A stretch of 62,341 bases of DNA, filler included, from Caldilineae bacterium (lineage in GTDB: Bacteria; Chloroflexota; Anaerolineae; DTLA01): assembly GCA_037446815.1 (NCBI GenBank). It is 11 parts of 11 records of this genome, joined end to end, with 100 filler letters (N's around TTAATTAATTAA, not from the genome) between each part and the next. Parts side by side here need not be neighbours in the genome. Positions count along the whole stretch, not along the records: positions 1 to 5,715 come from JBBIHX010000180.1; positions 5,816 to 11,528 come from JBBIHX010000181.1; 9 more parts are not named here. The stretch is one strand, 5' to 3'. A model generated the notes under the pieces. That model made no database searches. It was given only the letters and a program-made list of their open reading frames with translations, and had not been told where the DNA came from. Shown here piece by piece: positions 1 through 9,873 of this stretch. Made by a program: the position numbers and the translations under genes. Each line of letters begins with the position of its first letter. The first letter of the stretch is position 1.

Positions 1-72
1 CTACAGTGCCCCGCTCCGCTCGCGGAGGAGGGGGATGCTGAAGACCAGGGGTGAGGTGTGCACGGCGGGTGC

Positions 73-105
73 GAGATTCTTCGGCGCTTCGCGCCTCAGA
101 ATGAC
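73..105. repeat. REP-like palindrome family A (GTCATTCTGAGC...GAAGAATCTC)
   Basis: Near-identical copies at 5679-5711, 7391-7423, 40003-40035, 41811-41842, 45629-45661 and 56917-56949; variants at 5561-5589, 15984-16012 and 39969-39995; often at contig ends. Confidence 0.85.
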
Positions 106-191
106 GGTTCGGGGCGATTGCTTCGGGTGCTCAGCGCCGTCGCGATGACGGGTGCCAACGGACTTCACAATCCAACTCCCCGCTGTTCTAG

Positions 192-220
192 TTGACATTG
201 GCAGAGCAGTCGTGTATAAT
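192..220 (+). promoter_or_regulatory. sigma70-type promoter of the PadR-ECF operon
   Basis: Perfect TTGACA-17 bp-TATAAT. Confidence 0.85.
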
Positions 221-227
221 GACCGTG

Positions 228-244
228 TATTCGGAATTTGAATA
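228..244 (+). promoter_or_regulatory. putative PadR operator
   Basis: Inverted repeat TATTC-N7-GAATA just downstream of +1 and upstream of a PadR gene. Confidence 0.45.
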
Positions 245-265
245 TTCATCTAGCGAGTAGCGCCT

Positions 266-796
266 ATGCCGCGAGAGGGAACACAGTCGGTAGGGCCGGT
301 GTTGCTGGGGCTGCTTCTCCCCGGCCCCAAACACGGCTACGAATTGCATCAGGAGTTCACCGAGTCGCTGGGCGCTGTGTGGCAGGTGGGGTTGAGCCAG
401 ATGTACGCCCACCTGAAGGCGCTGGAGAACGACGGCCTGGTAACGTGTCAGACCGAAGTGCAGGCGAATCGCCCGCCGCGCAAGATCTACAGCATCACGG
501 ATGAGGGCCGGGGGCACTTCTTGCGATGGCTTCACGAACCTACGCCGCAGATTCGCGGCATTCGGCTGGAGTTTCTAAGCCGCTTGTTCTTGTTCCGCCG
601 GTTGGGGCTGCCGGGCCTGCGCGATTTGATTGACCGGCAGAAGGCGCTGTGCCAAGCGCGCGCAGAGGCGCTGTCCCGCCTGGCGGACGACACCGACGAC
701 CCGTTTCTGCGGCTGGTTCACCGATTTCGCATGGGACAGGTGGAAGCAATCATCCACTGGCTGGATACCTGTCGAGAGACCTATGATTCAGATTGA
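266..796 (+). CDS. PadR family transcriptional regulator
   Basis: LLGLL..GPKHGYEL, SQMYAHLKALENDGLV, RKIYSITDEGR motifs. Confidence 0.92.
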   Translation: MPREGTQSVGPVLLGLLLPGPKHGYELHQEFTESLGAVWQVGLSQMYAHLKALENDGLVTCQTEVQANRPPRKIYSITDEGRGHFLRWLHEPTPQIRGIRLEFLSRLFLFRRLGLPGLRDLIDRQKALCQARAEALSRLADDTDDPFLRLVHRFRMGQVEAIIHWLDTCRETYDSD

Positions 797-2264
797 TTCC
801 CTTTCGGTTTCCTACGGTTCCCGCACGGCGCTGCGCGACGTTTCGCTGCGCATTGCCCCGGGCGAGTTCGTGCTCGTCAGCGGGCCGTCGGGATGCGGCA
901 AGAGCACGCTGGCCCTGGCGCTTGCCGGCCTGATTCCCCAGGCAGTACCTGCGCGCGTGTCCGGCAGGGTTGTGGTGGACGGGCTGGACGCCCAGAGCAC
1001 GCCGGTGCACGCGGTCGCCCGCGAGGTCGGCATCGTGTTTCAGAACCCTGCCACCCAACTATTCAATGTTACCGTGGAGGAGGAGGTGGGGTTTGCGCCG
1101 CGAAATGTCGGCTTGACGCCGGCGGAGATTCCCGCCCGAGTGGAGCAGGCGCTGACGGCGATGGGCATCGCGCACCTGCGCGGGCGGCGTCTGCGGACCC
1201 TGTCCGGCGGAGAGCAGCAGCGCGTGGCCATCGCCTCTGTTCTGGCGCTCCGGCCTCGGGTTCTGATTTTGGACGAGCCGACCGCTTATCTGGACTGGCG
1301 CGGGGTGGAGCAGTTGCTGGCGGCGCTGGAGCGCCTTCGCAACGAGCAAGGCGTAACGATCATCTTGATTGAGCATCGCCTGGCCGCTGTCGCCTCGGTG
1401 GCGACGAGGGTCATCCTTATGGATCGCGGCCAGGTCGTGGCCGACGGGGCGCCGTGGGCCCTGCTATCCGATCGCGCGCTTCTCGCAACGCTGGGGCTGC
1501 GCTATCCCTGGTGCGACGTGGGCCGACGGGTGGATCCTGTTGGGCCGGCGCCGCGCCCGCATGGCGACGAGCCGCTCGTGGCGCTGCGCGGAGTGGCGGC
1601 GGGCTATGGGAGGCACCGCGTGCTGGACGGGCTGGACTTGGCGATCTACCCCGGCCAGTTCGTGGCGCTGGTGGGCGAGAACGGCACAGGCAAGAGCACC
1701 GTGGCGCGGGTGCTGGCGGATGTGCTTTGCCCTGCGCGGGGCACCGTGGATTGGCATCCCGCGCTGAAACGGTTGCCATTGGGGCGGCGCGTGGGGCTTC
1801 TGTTCCAAAATCCCCTGAGCCAGTTGGTATGCGACCACGTGGGCGAGGAAGTTGCCTACGGCCCGGAGAACTACGGGGTCAACACCGACCTCACCGCGCT
1901 GCTTGCCGCCGCCGACTTGGCGGAACTGCGCGAGTCGCGCACGCAGAATCTGAGCGCGGGCCAGCAACAGCGCACCGCGCTGGCGGCGACACTGGCGCTT
2001 CGGCCCCGGCTGCTCATTTTGGACGAGCCGACCATGGGGCAGGATTGGGCGCATTTGAGCAAATTGATGGATTATCTCGTGCATTTGAACGATAACGGGC
2101 AGGCGATTTTGCTCATCACGCATGACGATCGCCTGGTGTGCCGCTACGCGCGGCGCATCGTGCGCATGGTCGGGGGGCGCATCGTCGCCGACGGCGCGGT
2201 TCCGGCGACGACACCGGTGGTCAGCCCTCTGGACGTTGTACCCATGCGCCAGCAGATGATATGA
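783..2264 (+). CDS. ECF transporter ATPase with two ABC domains
   Basis: Two Walker A motifs (GPSGCGKST, GENGTGKST), FQNP Q-loops, LSGGEQQR, ILDEPT; ATG at 783. Confidence 0.9.
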   Translation: MIQIDSLSVSYGSRTALRDVSLRIAPGEFVLVSGPSGCGKSTLALALAGLIPQAVPARVSGRVVVDGLDAQSTPVHAVAREVGIVFQNPATQLFNVTVEEEVGFAPRNVGLTPAEIPARVEQALTAMGIAHLRGRRLRTLSGGEQQRVAIASVLALRPRVLILDEPTAYLDWRGVEQLLAALERLRNEQGVTIILIEHRLAAVASVATRVILMDRGQVVADGAPWALLSDRALLATLGLRYPWCDVGRRVDPVGPAPRPHGDEPLVALRGVAAGYGRHRVLDGLDLAIYPGQFVALVGENGTGKSTVARVLADVLCPARGTVDWHPALKRLPLGRRVGLLFQNPLSQLVCDHVGEEVAYGPENYGVNTDLTALLAAADLAELRESRTQNLSAGQQQRTALAATLALRPRLLILDEPTMGQDWAHLSKLMDYLVHLNDNGQAILLITHDDRLVCRYARRIVRMVGGRIVADGAVPATTPVVSPLDVVPMRQQMI

Positions 2265-2275
2265 GGAGGAGCGGG

Positions 2276-3103
2276 ATGGGCAGCATGGATGACATGTACA
2301 AGGCGATCTACGAGTCGGTTCAGAAGGGCGAGGATGTGTGTGTCGCCACGGTTGTGGGGGCGAAAGGCTCCACGCCGCGAAACATCGGCGCGAAGATGGT
2401 GATCTGGCAGGATGGGCGGACACTAGGGAGCGTGGGGGGCGGAGAGTTGGAGCGCCGCGTGCTGGCCGCTGCCCAGGAGGTGTTCGCGACGGGGCAGCCG
2501 ATGCGCTTGGAGTTCTCCCTGCGGAATCCGGGAGACGCGGGGATATGCGGCGGCGATGCCGAGGTTTTCCTGGAGCCGGTCTTCGCCAAACCGAGGCTTG
2601 TCATCATCGGCGGTGGTCATGTGGGGAACGCCCTCAGCCGCTTGGCCGCGCTGTTGGATTTCCGCGTGGTGGTGATGGACACGCGCGAACTGGACTCCTC
2701 CCTGTTTCCGGAATCTGCGGAGTTGGTGCGGCTGGAATCGTACGAGCGCATCCCGAAGGAATGGTTTGATGCCCGAACCTATGCGGTTATCATGACGCCG
2801 AATCACATGGGCGATCGGGAGGCGCTGGCGCAATTGGTGGACCTGCCGCTGGCGTACCTCGGGATGATCGGCAGCCGCCGCAAGGTGCAGCAGACGTTCC
2901 AGAGTCTGCGCGAGCGGGGTATATCCGAGGAGGCCCTGGCGAGGGTTCACGCGCCCATCGGCCTGGACATCGGAGCGGAGACGCCGATGGAGATCGCGGT
3001 GAGCATTGCAGCGGAGATGATTCAGGAGCGCAGTGCGGCGGTCCAAGGGGGAGAGGCGGCAGAGCGCAGGCACGCGAGCCTGAAGCAACTGATTCACGGA
3101 TAA
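2276..3103 (+). CDS. xdhC: XdhC/CoxI family molybdenum cofactor insertion chaperone
   Basis: GSTPRNIGAKM, GSVGGGELE, GICGG, IGGGHVG, GMIGSRRK, APIGLDIGAETPMEIAVSI; SD GAGGAGG. Confidence 0.9.
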   Translation: MGSMDDMYKAIYESVQKGEDVCVATVVGAKGSTPRNIGAKMVIWQDGRTLGSVGGGELERRVLAAAQEVFATGQPMRLEFSLRNPGDAGICGGDAEVFLEPVFAKPRLVIIGGGHVGNALSRLAALLDFRVVVMDTRELDSSLFPESAELVRLESYERIPKEWFDARTYAVIMTPNHMGDREALAQLVDLPLAYLGMIGSRRKVQQTFQSLRERGISEEALARVHAPIGLDIGAETPMEIAVSIAAEMIQERSAAVQGGEAAERRHASLKQLIHG

Positions 3104-3137
3104 TCGGCACAACATAACACTACGAGGAGGAAACGAG

Positions 3138-3749
3138 ATGGCGAAGTCTGGATGGACCGTGCGTGATTGGATTTACGTAGCAGTCTTCGGCGCTTTGTGG
3201 GGCGTGCTGGAGATCACGCTGGGGTCTTACCTGCATGTGCTGTTCCCGCCGCTGGCCGACACGTTCGTCGTGGGGCTCATCATGGCGGGCATCGGCGCCA
3301 TTGTCGCCCTGGTGGGCCGCTGGTTCGTGCCGAAGCGGTGGGCGGTGCTCGCGATCGGCGTGGTTACTACGATTCTGAAGGCGTTCAGCCTGGGCGGGAT
3401 TGTCATCGGGCCGATGGTGGCCATCCTCGCGGAGGCGCTCCTCATGGAGTTCGCGCTGTGGCTGCGGGCTACGCCGACGCGGGGGCTGTACATCCTGGCG
3501 GGCGCGTTGGCGGTCAGTTGGAATTTCTTCCACAAGTTCATCATGATGCGTATCCTGTACGGGCGGAGCATCGTGCAGGTGTATACGCAGATGGTGAAGG
3601 AGGGCAGCAAGGTTCTGGGCATAGACGTGGCGTATGCGGTCGCCATCATCGTGATTCTGTTCGTGTTTCGCCTCGTGGTCGGCGGGGTGGCCGGCTGGAT
3701 TGGCTGGGACTTGGGGCGGCTGGTGGGGCGTCGCCTTGCGCGCGAGTAA
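3138..3749 (+). CDS. putative ECF transporter S component
   Basis: About 200 aa, about 6 TM helices, WTVRDWIYVAVFGALW N-terminus, located in an ECF operon. Confidence 0.7.
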   Translation: MAKSGWTVRDWIYVAVFGALWGVLEITLGSYLHVLFPPLADTFVVGLIMAGIGAIVALVGRWFVPKRWAVLAIGVVTTILKAFSLGGIVIGPMVAILAEALLMEFALWLRATPTRGLYILAGALAVSWNFFHKFIMMRILYGRSIVQVYTQMVKEGSKVLGIDVAYAVAIIVILFVFRLVVGGVAGWIGWDLGRLVGRRLARE

Positions 3750-3753
3750 AGGC

Positions 3754-4455
3754 ATGACCTTGGCAGTGGGTGGATTCCGCCTGAACCCCATCAGTTACCT
3801 GGCGTTTCTGGTGTGGACTTTGGGGCTGGTGGCCCTGTTGCCCGACCGCAGCGTGGGCCTCCTGCTGGTTGCGGTGCTGGGTGTGGGGGCGCTGTCAGGG
3901 GGCGGCGGATTGCGGATTCTGGCGCGGGGCCGCTTCTGGGTTACGGTGGTCTCTATCATCGTGTTGTCGGCCTTGTTGCTGGGGCCGCGCGATGTGAGAT
4001 TGTGGGTTGTACCCGTCTCCCGCGAGGGCTTTCTGATCGGCGTCTGGATGGCGGTTCGCGCCGTGGCGCTGATGCTGGCGTTCGCCATCAGTCTCGGCGC
4101 GCTGTCCATTGTGGAGACGGTGCGGATTTTTGAGGCGGCGAATCTGCGCGGGCTGGGGTTTGCGTTGGGGGTTGCGCTGAATCTCGGGCCGGTGCTGCGG
4201 GATGCTGTGGAGGCGGCCTACCACACGATTCGGCTGCGCGGCGGATTCCGCAGGCCCATCCGGGCGGCGCGGCTGTTCCTGGTTACCGTGATCGCTAACG
4301 CCTTGCGCTACGGCGACGATGTGGTAAAATCGGCCACGGCCCGCGCCTTTGACCTGGAGGCGAAGACCGATGCGGCCATTGCGGTGGGGTGGGCCGACGC
4401 GGTGTTCCTGTGTGTCCTGGTGGCGGGGGGCGCGGCCATTCTCATGCTTGCATAG
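3754..4455 (+). CDS. ECF transporter T component (CbiQ/EcfT-like)
   Basis: Hydrophobic N-terminus, RLRGG and ARAF motifs in the coupling helices. Confidence 0.7.
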   Translation: MTLAVGGFRLNPISYLAFLVWTLGLVALLPDRSVGLLLVAVLGVGALSGGGGLRILARGRFWVTVVSIIVLSALLLGPRDVRLWVVPVSREGFLIGVWMAVRAVALMLAFAISLGALSIVETVRIFEAANLRGLGFALGVALNLGPVLRDAVEAAYHTIRLRGGFRRPIRAARLFLVTVIANALRYGDDVVKSATARAFDLEAKTDAAIAVGWADAVFLCVLVAGGAAILMLA

Positions 4456-4464
4456 GAGGGAGTC

Positions 4465-5487
4465 ATGGCACGATTCAGCAGGCTGGACGTCCTGAATGAA
4501 ACGCTGCGGATCGGCATGGTGCCCACGTTCTACCATCCCGATTTTGAGACGTCCAAGAAGATCGTGGAGGCGTGCGCGGCGGGGGGCGCTCGCGTTGTGG
4601 AGTACATGAACCGAGGGGACAATGCGTTTCGGGTGTTCTCGGACCTGGTGCTGCATTTTGCGGAGGCTGACCCGTCGGTGATTCTGGGCGCGGGGTCTGT
4701 GCTGGACCCAGCAACGGCTGCGCTGTACATCTCCAGCGGCGCGAATTTCATCGTGGGCTCGGTATTCAACCCCGAGGTGGCCAAGGTCTGCAACCGCCGG
4801 AAAGTGGCCTACATGCCCGGCTGCGGCAGCGCCACCGAGATCTCCGAGGCGGAAGAGGCAGGCGTGGAAATCTGCAAGATCTTCCCGGCTGCGGCTGTGG
4901 GCGGCCCGGATTTCGTGAAGGCGCTGCTGGGGCCGACGCCGTGGTCGCGTATCATGCCGACAGGTGCGGCAGTGGATGCCACGCGCGAGAGCATTCAGGC
5001 CTGGTTCAAGGCGGGCGTGGCTGCCGTGGGCATCGGGGGCAATTTGTTGCGGCCCGAATGGATACAGGCGGGCGATTGGGCGGCTATCTCGCGCCTGGCG
5101 TCGCAGGTCATCGGCTGGATTCGCGAAGCGAGGGCCGGCAGCGTGTTCCTGGGCGTGGAGCATCCGGGCCTGTACCCCTACGCCGGAGCCACCGGGCGGG
5201 ACATTGCCGAATGGTACAGCCAAACATTCGGGTTCCGTATGACCGAAGGCTCGGTTGGGTTCTTCTTGGAGGGGCCGGGCGCGGGACGGATAGAGGTCCT
5301 CAAAGAGGGCGGCACCGACCGCAGCCACGTGGCCATTGAGGTTGCCGATTTTGAGGCCGCTATGGCCGACCTTCAGGCGCGGGGCTTTGAGTTTGAAACC
5401 CCGAAGATTTTCCCCGACGTGAAGGCGGTGTTCATGAAGCAGACCGACCCGGCCGGCAATCGGGTGCATCTGATTTGGCGGCGGTAG
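4465..5487 (+). CDS. eda: KDPG/KHG aldolase fused to a C-terminal VOC/glyoxalase domain
   Basis: GAGSVLD, PGCGSATEI, KIFP, IMPTG aldolase motifs; C-terminal EHPG..WY..FG, HVAIEVADFE, DPAGNRVHL. Confidence 0.8.
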   Translation: MARFSRLDVLNETLRIGMVPTFYHPDFETSKKIVEACAAGGARVVEYMNRGDNAFRVFSDLVLHFAEADPSVILGAGSVLDPATAALYISSGANFIVGSVFNPEVAKVCNRRKVAYMPGCGSATEISEAEEAGVEICKIFPAAAVGGPDFVKALLGPTPWSRIMPTGAAVDATRESIQAWFKAGVAAVGIGGNLLRPEWIQAGDWAAISRLASQVIGWIREARAGSVFLGVEHPGLYPYAGATGRDIAEWYSQTFGFRMTEGSVGFFLEGPGAGRIEVLKEGGTDRSHVAIEVADFEAAMADLQARGFEFETPKIFPDVKAVFMKQTDPAGNRVHLIWRR

Positions 5488-5715
5488 GGACAGCACCCCC
5501 GCCGATGGGCAATCGGCGTACAACGGACGGAGGGCAACCGAGTGATTGCCCTCCGTCTGCTGTCATGCCGAGCCGAAGGCGAAGCATCTTTGTGGCCGGT
5601 ATCCACGAATAACACGAATGCGTACGAACAGGGTTCGGCTGTATCCACGGACAGCACGGATTGCGCGGATGGAGGCGCGAGATTCTTCGCGGCTTCGCCG
5701 CTCAGAATGACGGTT

Positions 5716-5815
5716 NNNNNNNNNNNNNNNNNNNNNNNNNNNNNNNNNNNNNNNNNNNNTTAATTAATTAANNNNNNNNNNNNNNNNNNNNNNNNNNNNN
5801 NNNNNNNNNNNNNNN
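5716..5815. other. artificial contig linker N44-TTAATTAATTAA-N44
   Basis: The same linker occurs at 11529-11628, 17334-17433, 23071-23170, 28779-28878, 34424-34523, 40051-40150, 45674-45773, 51259-51358 and 56813-56912; contig lengths fall monotonically from 5713 to 5454. Confidence 0.98.
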
Positions 5816-5886
5816 AGCGCCAACAGACCTTGGAACCGAAGCGTGCGCACGTGTCCACATACATGTCCATGCGTGGGCGCCCGGCC

Positions 5887-7260
5887 TCAATCCAAGAAGA
5901 TCTTCCCCGGGTTCAGGATGCCGTTGGGATCAAACAGGCGCTTGATGTCCCGCATGACCGCCACCGCCGGCCCGTGCTCCAGTTCCAGGAACTCGCGCTT
6001 GCCCAGGCCGATGCCGTGCTCGCCCGTGCATGTCCCGCCCACCTCCACTGCCCAGCGGATGAGTTCGGCGTGCACCTGGTGAGCGCGCTCGGGTTCGCCG
6101 GGGACATCGCGGCGGGCGATGGTGTCGGTGTGGACGTTGCCATCGCCCGCGTGGCCGAAGGTGCACACGCGGATGCCGTACTTCTTGCCCAGCGCGTGGG
6201 CCTGGCGGACGGCCTCGGGGTACTTGGAGATGGGCACGACGATGTCGCCGATGGTAACCACGCAATCGCGGTTGAGTTCCTTGACAGCCATATGCGCCTG
6301 GCTGCGCGCGCGCCAGACGTTCTCCTGCTCCTCGGCGGTGGTGGCGGGCCGGTACAGCGTGCACCCGCACTCGGCGGCAATCTCCTTCACCACCTCCACG
6401 TCCTCGCGCACGCTGGACGGCGTCCCGTGGAACTCCATCACCAGCATGGGCGATTCGGGCAGGTCCAGATTGCAGTAGCGGTTGGCGAAGGCCACCGTCT
6501 CGGCGTCCATGAGTTCCATCGCGCCGGGGATGATGCCGGCGGCGATGATTTGCGATGCCGCGCGCGCCGCGTCCTCCACCGTCGGGAAGACTGCCAGTGC
6601 CGCTGACTTCTCCGGTATGGCCCGCAGTTTCAGCGTAACCTCGGTGATGATGCCCAGCGTGCCCTCGCTGCCCACGAACAGCCGCACCAAGTCGTACCCG
6701 CTGGCCGACTTGGCCGCCTGCGAGCCGATCTTGAGGATGCGCCCGTCGGCCAGCACGACGCGCAGTTGCAGCACGTAGTCGCGGGTAACGCCGTAGCGGA
6801 AGGCGTGCATCCCGCCGGAGCCGTTGTTGACCATGCCTCCGATGGTGGCCACGTCGTGGCTGGCAGGCGCGGGCGGGTACATCAGGCCATAGCGCGCCAG
6901 TTGGCGGTTCAGTTCGTCGTACACGATGCCCGGCTGCACGACACAGAGCATGTCCTCGGGCCGCACCTCCAGGATCTTGTCCCAGCGGTAGAAGCACAGG
7001 ACAATGCCGCCGAACACGGGGATGGGGTTCCCGTCCAGCGACGACCCGCCCGACCGCGCCGTAACGGGAATGCGATGCTCATTGGCGTAGGCGAGGATGC
7101 GGCTGACCTGCTCCTCGTTGTCGGGCCAGACGACGTAATCGGGCAGGTGCGGCGGGTGATGCGACTCGTCCAGCGAGTGGGCCTCGCGGTCGGCCGTCGT
7201 TACGGATACATTCTCATCGCCCACGACGGAACGAAGGAAGTCAAGGGTTGCGTCGGACAT
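5887..7260 (-). CDS. FAD-linked oxidase, GlcD/D-lactate dehydrogenase family
   Basis: [55 protein letters not shown]. Confidence 0.92.
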   Translation of the reverse strand: MSDATLDFLRSVVGDENVSVTTADREAHSLDESHHPPHLPDYVVWPDNEEQVSRILAYANEHRIPVTARSGGSSLDGNPIPVFGGIVLCFYRWDKILEVRPEDMLCVVQPGIVYDELNRQLARYGLMYPPAPASHDVATIGGMVNNGSGGMHAFRYGVTRDYVLQLRVVLADGRILKIGSQAAKSASGYDLVRLFVGSEGTLGIITEVTLKLRAIPEKSAALAVFPTVEDAARAASQIIAAGIIPGAMELMDAETVAFANRYCNLDLPESPMLVMEFHGTPSSVREDVEVVKEIAAECGCTLYRPATTAEEQENVWRARSQAHMAVKELNRDCVVTIGDIVVPISKYPEAVRQAHALGKKYGIRVCTFGHAGDGNVHTDTIARRDVPGEPERAHQVHAELIRWAVEVGGTCTGEHGIGLGKREFLELEHGPAVAVMRDIKRLFDPNGILNPGKIFLD

Positions 7261-7359
7261 AGTGGCCTCCTGTCAGAGAGATGAACCCGCGCATAGACGC
7301 GAATGCTCGCGAAGGATTGTAGCACGACAAGGGGGAGAGGGCAAAGGGCTGGCGCGCGC

Positions 7360-7534
7360 GACTCGGTTCCAAAGTCTGTTGGCATCCACCGTCATTCTGA
7401 GCGGCGAAGCCGCGAAGAATCTCACCGCTCACCCCGACCCTCTCCCGAAGGGCGAGGGCGTATCGCCTTCGGCTCAGCGTGACAGAGTGGGGAGGCAGCG
7501 CGCGGGACAGACCAACACAGTCTGGAACCGAATC
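7360..7534. mobile_element. MITE-like element carrying REP-like hairpins
   Basis: TIRs GACTCGGTTCCA...TGGAACCGAATC; internal family A and family E hairpins. Confidence 0.7.
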
Positions 7535-7542
7535 CCCGAACA

Positions 7543-7692
7543 GATTCGATTCCAAAGCCTGTTGGTGGCTGTCATTGCGAGGGCGCGGAGCGCCCGAAGC
7601 AATCCCCGGGGCGCGGGGTTGCTTCGCTTCGCTCGCAACGACACACGGGGAGAGTGCCCTTGCGTTTCACCAACACAAGATGGAACCGAATC
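7543..7692. mobile_element. MITE, 150 bp
   Basis: TIRs GATTCGATTCCA...TGGAACCGAATC; flanks CCCGAACA/CCCGAATG; core GTCATTGCGAG...CTCGCAACGAC. Confidence 0.75.
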
Positions 7693-7707
7693 CCCGAATG
7701 CTCGCAC

Positions 7708-7736
7708 TTGCATTTTTGTTCCACGTCGTGTAAACT
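7708..7736 (+). promoter_or_regulatory. recA promoter with overlapping degenerate LexA-type box
   Basis: TTGCAT-17-TAAACT; GCAT-N4-GTTC at 7710-7721 versus the GAAC-N4-GTTC consensus. Confidence 0.55.
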
Positions 7737-7780
7737 ATTGTGCAGGCGCGATAGGCGATTGTGCGCTGGGAGGAGAGAAT

Positions 7781-8857
7781 ATGCCAGAAGCAGGGCGAGA
7801 TAAGGCGCTGGAGACCACGCTACTGGGTCTGCGGAAACGGTTCGGAGATGGGGTCATCATGCGGCTGGGCGAGAGCACCGGCCTCAACGTGGACACGATC
7901 CCCACAGGCTCCCTCGCGTTGGACATTGCCCTGGGCGTCGGGGGCATCCCGCGCGGACGCATCACCGAAATCTACGGCCCAGAAGCATCCGGCAAGACCA
8001 CCCTGTGCCAGCACATCATCGCCGAAGCGCAGAAACGTGGTGGCATTGCAGCATTCATAGACGTGGAGCACGCCCTGGATCCCGCCTATGCCCGTCGGTG
8101 CGGGGTGAACATTGACGAGTTGTACATCTCGCAGCCCGACACCGGCGAGCAGGCGCTAGAGATCGCAGAGGCGCTGGTGCGCAGCGGCGCGGTGGATGTT
8201 GTCGTGATTGACTCCGTTGCCGCGCTGGTGCCCCGCGCCGAGATTGAAGGCGAAATGGGCGACGCTCACATGGGGTTGCAGGCCCGGCTGATGTCGCAGG
8301 CCCTGCGCAAACTCGCGGGGGCCATCAAGCGGTCCAACACAGCCGTCGTGTTCACCAACCAGTTGCGGATGAAAATAGGAGTACTGTTCGGTAACCCGGA
8401 GACCACACCCGGCGGGAATGCCTTGAAGTTCTACGCCTCGGTGCGACTGGACATGCGCCGATTGGAGGCCATCAAACAGGGGGGCGCGGTGGTAGGAAAC
8501 CGCGTCAAGGTCAGCGTCAAGAAAAACAAAGTCGCCCCTCCGTTCCGAGTGGCCGAATTTGAAATCATGTTTGACGAAGGCATCTCCCGCACCGGCGACC
8601 TGCTGGATGTGGCCACGGCCCTGGGCGTCGTGGAAAAGCGCGGCGCCTTCTACTCCTATGGCGACCTCCGACTGGGGCAGGGACGCGATAACGCCAAGGC
8701 GTTTCTGGCCGAGAATCCCGACATGTTCGCCGAAATAGAACAAAAAGTCCGTGACATCGCAGGATTGACACGGCAGGGAGGTGCAGTGTCGGGGCCCTTC
8801 TTCGCGGAAGGGGACGAAGACCTAGAGGACGTAGAAGACATAGAAGGCGACGAGTAG
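7781..8857 (+). CDS. recA: recombinase RecA
   Basis: [53 protein letters not shown]. Confidence 0.99.
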   Translation: MPEAGRDKALETTLLGLRKRFGDGVIMRLGESTGLNVDTIPTGSLALDIALGVGGIPRGRITEIYGPEASGKTTLCQHIIAEAQKRGGIAAFIDVEHALDPAYARRCGVNIDELYISQPDTGEQALEIAEALVRSGAVDVVVIDSVAALVPRAEIEGEMGDAHMGLQARLMSQALRKLAGAIKRSNTAVVFTNQLRMKIGVLFGNPETTPGGNALKFYASVRLDMRRLEAIKQGGAVVGNRVKVSVKKNKVAPPFRVAEFEIMFDEGISRTGDLLDVATALGVVEKRGAFYSYGDLRLGQGRDNAKAFLAENPDMFAEIEQKVRDIAGLTRQGGAVSGPFFAEGDEDLEDVEDIEGDE

Positions 8858-9214
8858 ATACCTGGCTGAGTGCATCACAGTTGCTGATTTCCGCTACAAC
8901 GGTACATCGTGCGTTCATGCGGCTGCCCAGACGGGCAGCGGTGTGTGCGAAAGCGCAACGCAGGCTTCACCACGGCGAGATGTGGCGAAGCAAAGAGGTG
9001 TATATGGAAAGCCCTTTGCCCGATTGGTGTGAACGGGGCAAGGTTCTAGGTATAACACGCGAACAGCGCAGCACGGGCAGGGAGAGACCGTAGGCCATAA
9101 CGGAGACGGGTTCCCCTACCCTGCGATTCCATATACTTCTTGTTCCGGATGTCGGTGCGAGAATCAGCCATGGCACTCCGCCATGGCTGTTTGCGTTTGG
9201 GGAGTCGGCAAAGC

Positions 9215-9871
9215 GTGGACGTGCACGAAATCACGGCACTGGAGGCGCAGCAACGCAACAAGGAGCGGGTCAATCTGTACCTGGACGGAGCCTACGCCTT
9301 CAGCATCACGGCGCTGGAAGCGGCCCGCCTGAAGGTTGGCCAACGCCTGTCAGACGCCGACGTCGCCCGCCTGAAGGCCCAGGCCGAAGTGGATCGGGCC
9401 TACGAGCGCACCTTGCGCTTTCTGACCTACCGGCCCCGGAGCGAGGCCGAGGTCGTGAAATACCTGGCATCCAAAGGCGTGGAAGACGGCGTGCAGGCCG
9501 AGATACTGGCCAAACTCCGCCGCCTGAAACTCGTGGATGACGAAGCCTTTGCCCGATTCTGGGTAGAGACCCGCGTCCAGAGCCATCCCTTGGGCCGCAT
9601 GGCGCTCCGCGCCGAACTCAGGCTCAAGGGCGTGCGCGACGAGACGATAGAAAAGGCGTTGCGGGCGCTGGACGAGGAGGAAAGCGCCTACCAGGCCGCG
9701 CGCAAGCAGGCGCGACGCTACGCCGACTTGACCGACAAACAGGCGCAAGACAAACTTGGTGCATTCTTGATTCGTAGAGGTTTTCCCTACTCGGTGGCCA
9801 GGGCCACCGTGAAGCGGCTGGTGGAAGAATCGGCCGCCGAGGGTACATTGAAAAGAGAGGAGACGGAATAG
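9215..9871 (+). CDS. recX: regulatory protein RecX
   Basis: [39 protein letters not shown]; lies between recA and rny. Confidence 0.92.
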   Translation: MDVHEITALEAQQRNKERVNLYLDGAYAFSITALEAARLKVGQRLSDADVARLKAQAEVDRAYERTLRFLTYRPRSEAEVVKYLASKGVEDGVQAEILAKLRRLKLVDDEAFARFWVETRVQSHPLGRMALRAELRLKGVRDETIEKALRALDEEESAYQAARKQARRYADLTDKQAQDKLGAFLIRRGFPYSVARATVKRLVEESAAEGTLKREETE

Positions 9872-9873
9872 GT

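Noticed and set aside
7262..7780. N-terminal extension or intein in RecA (531-aa ORF)
   Set aside because: The extension is translated MITE/REP sequence; promoter and SD support ATG 7781
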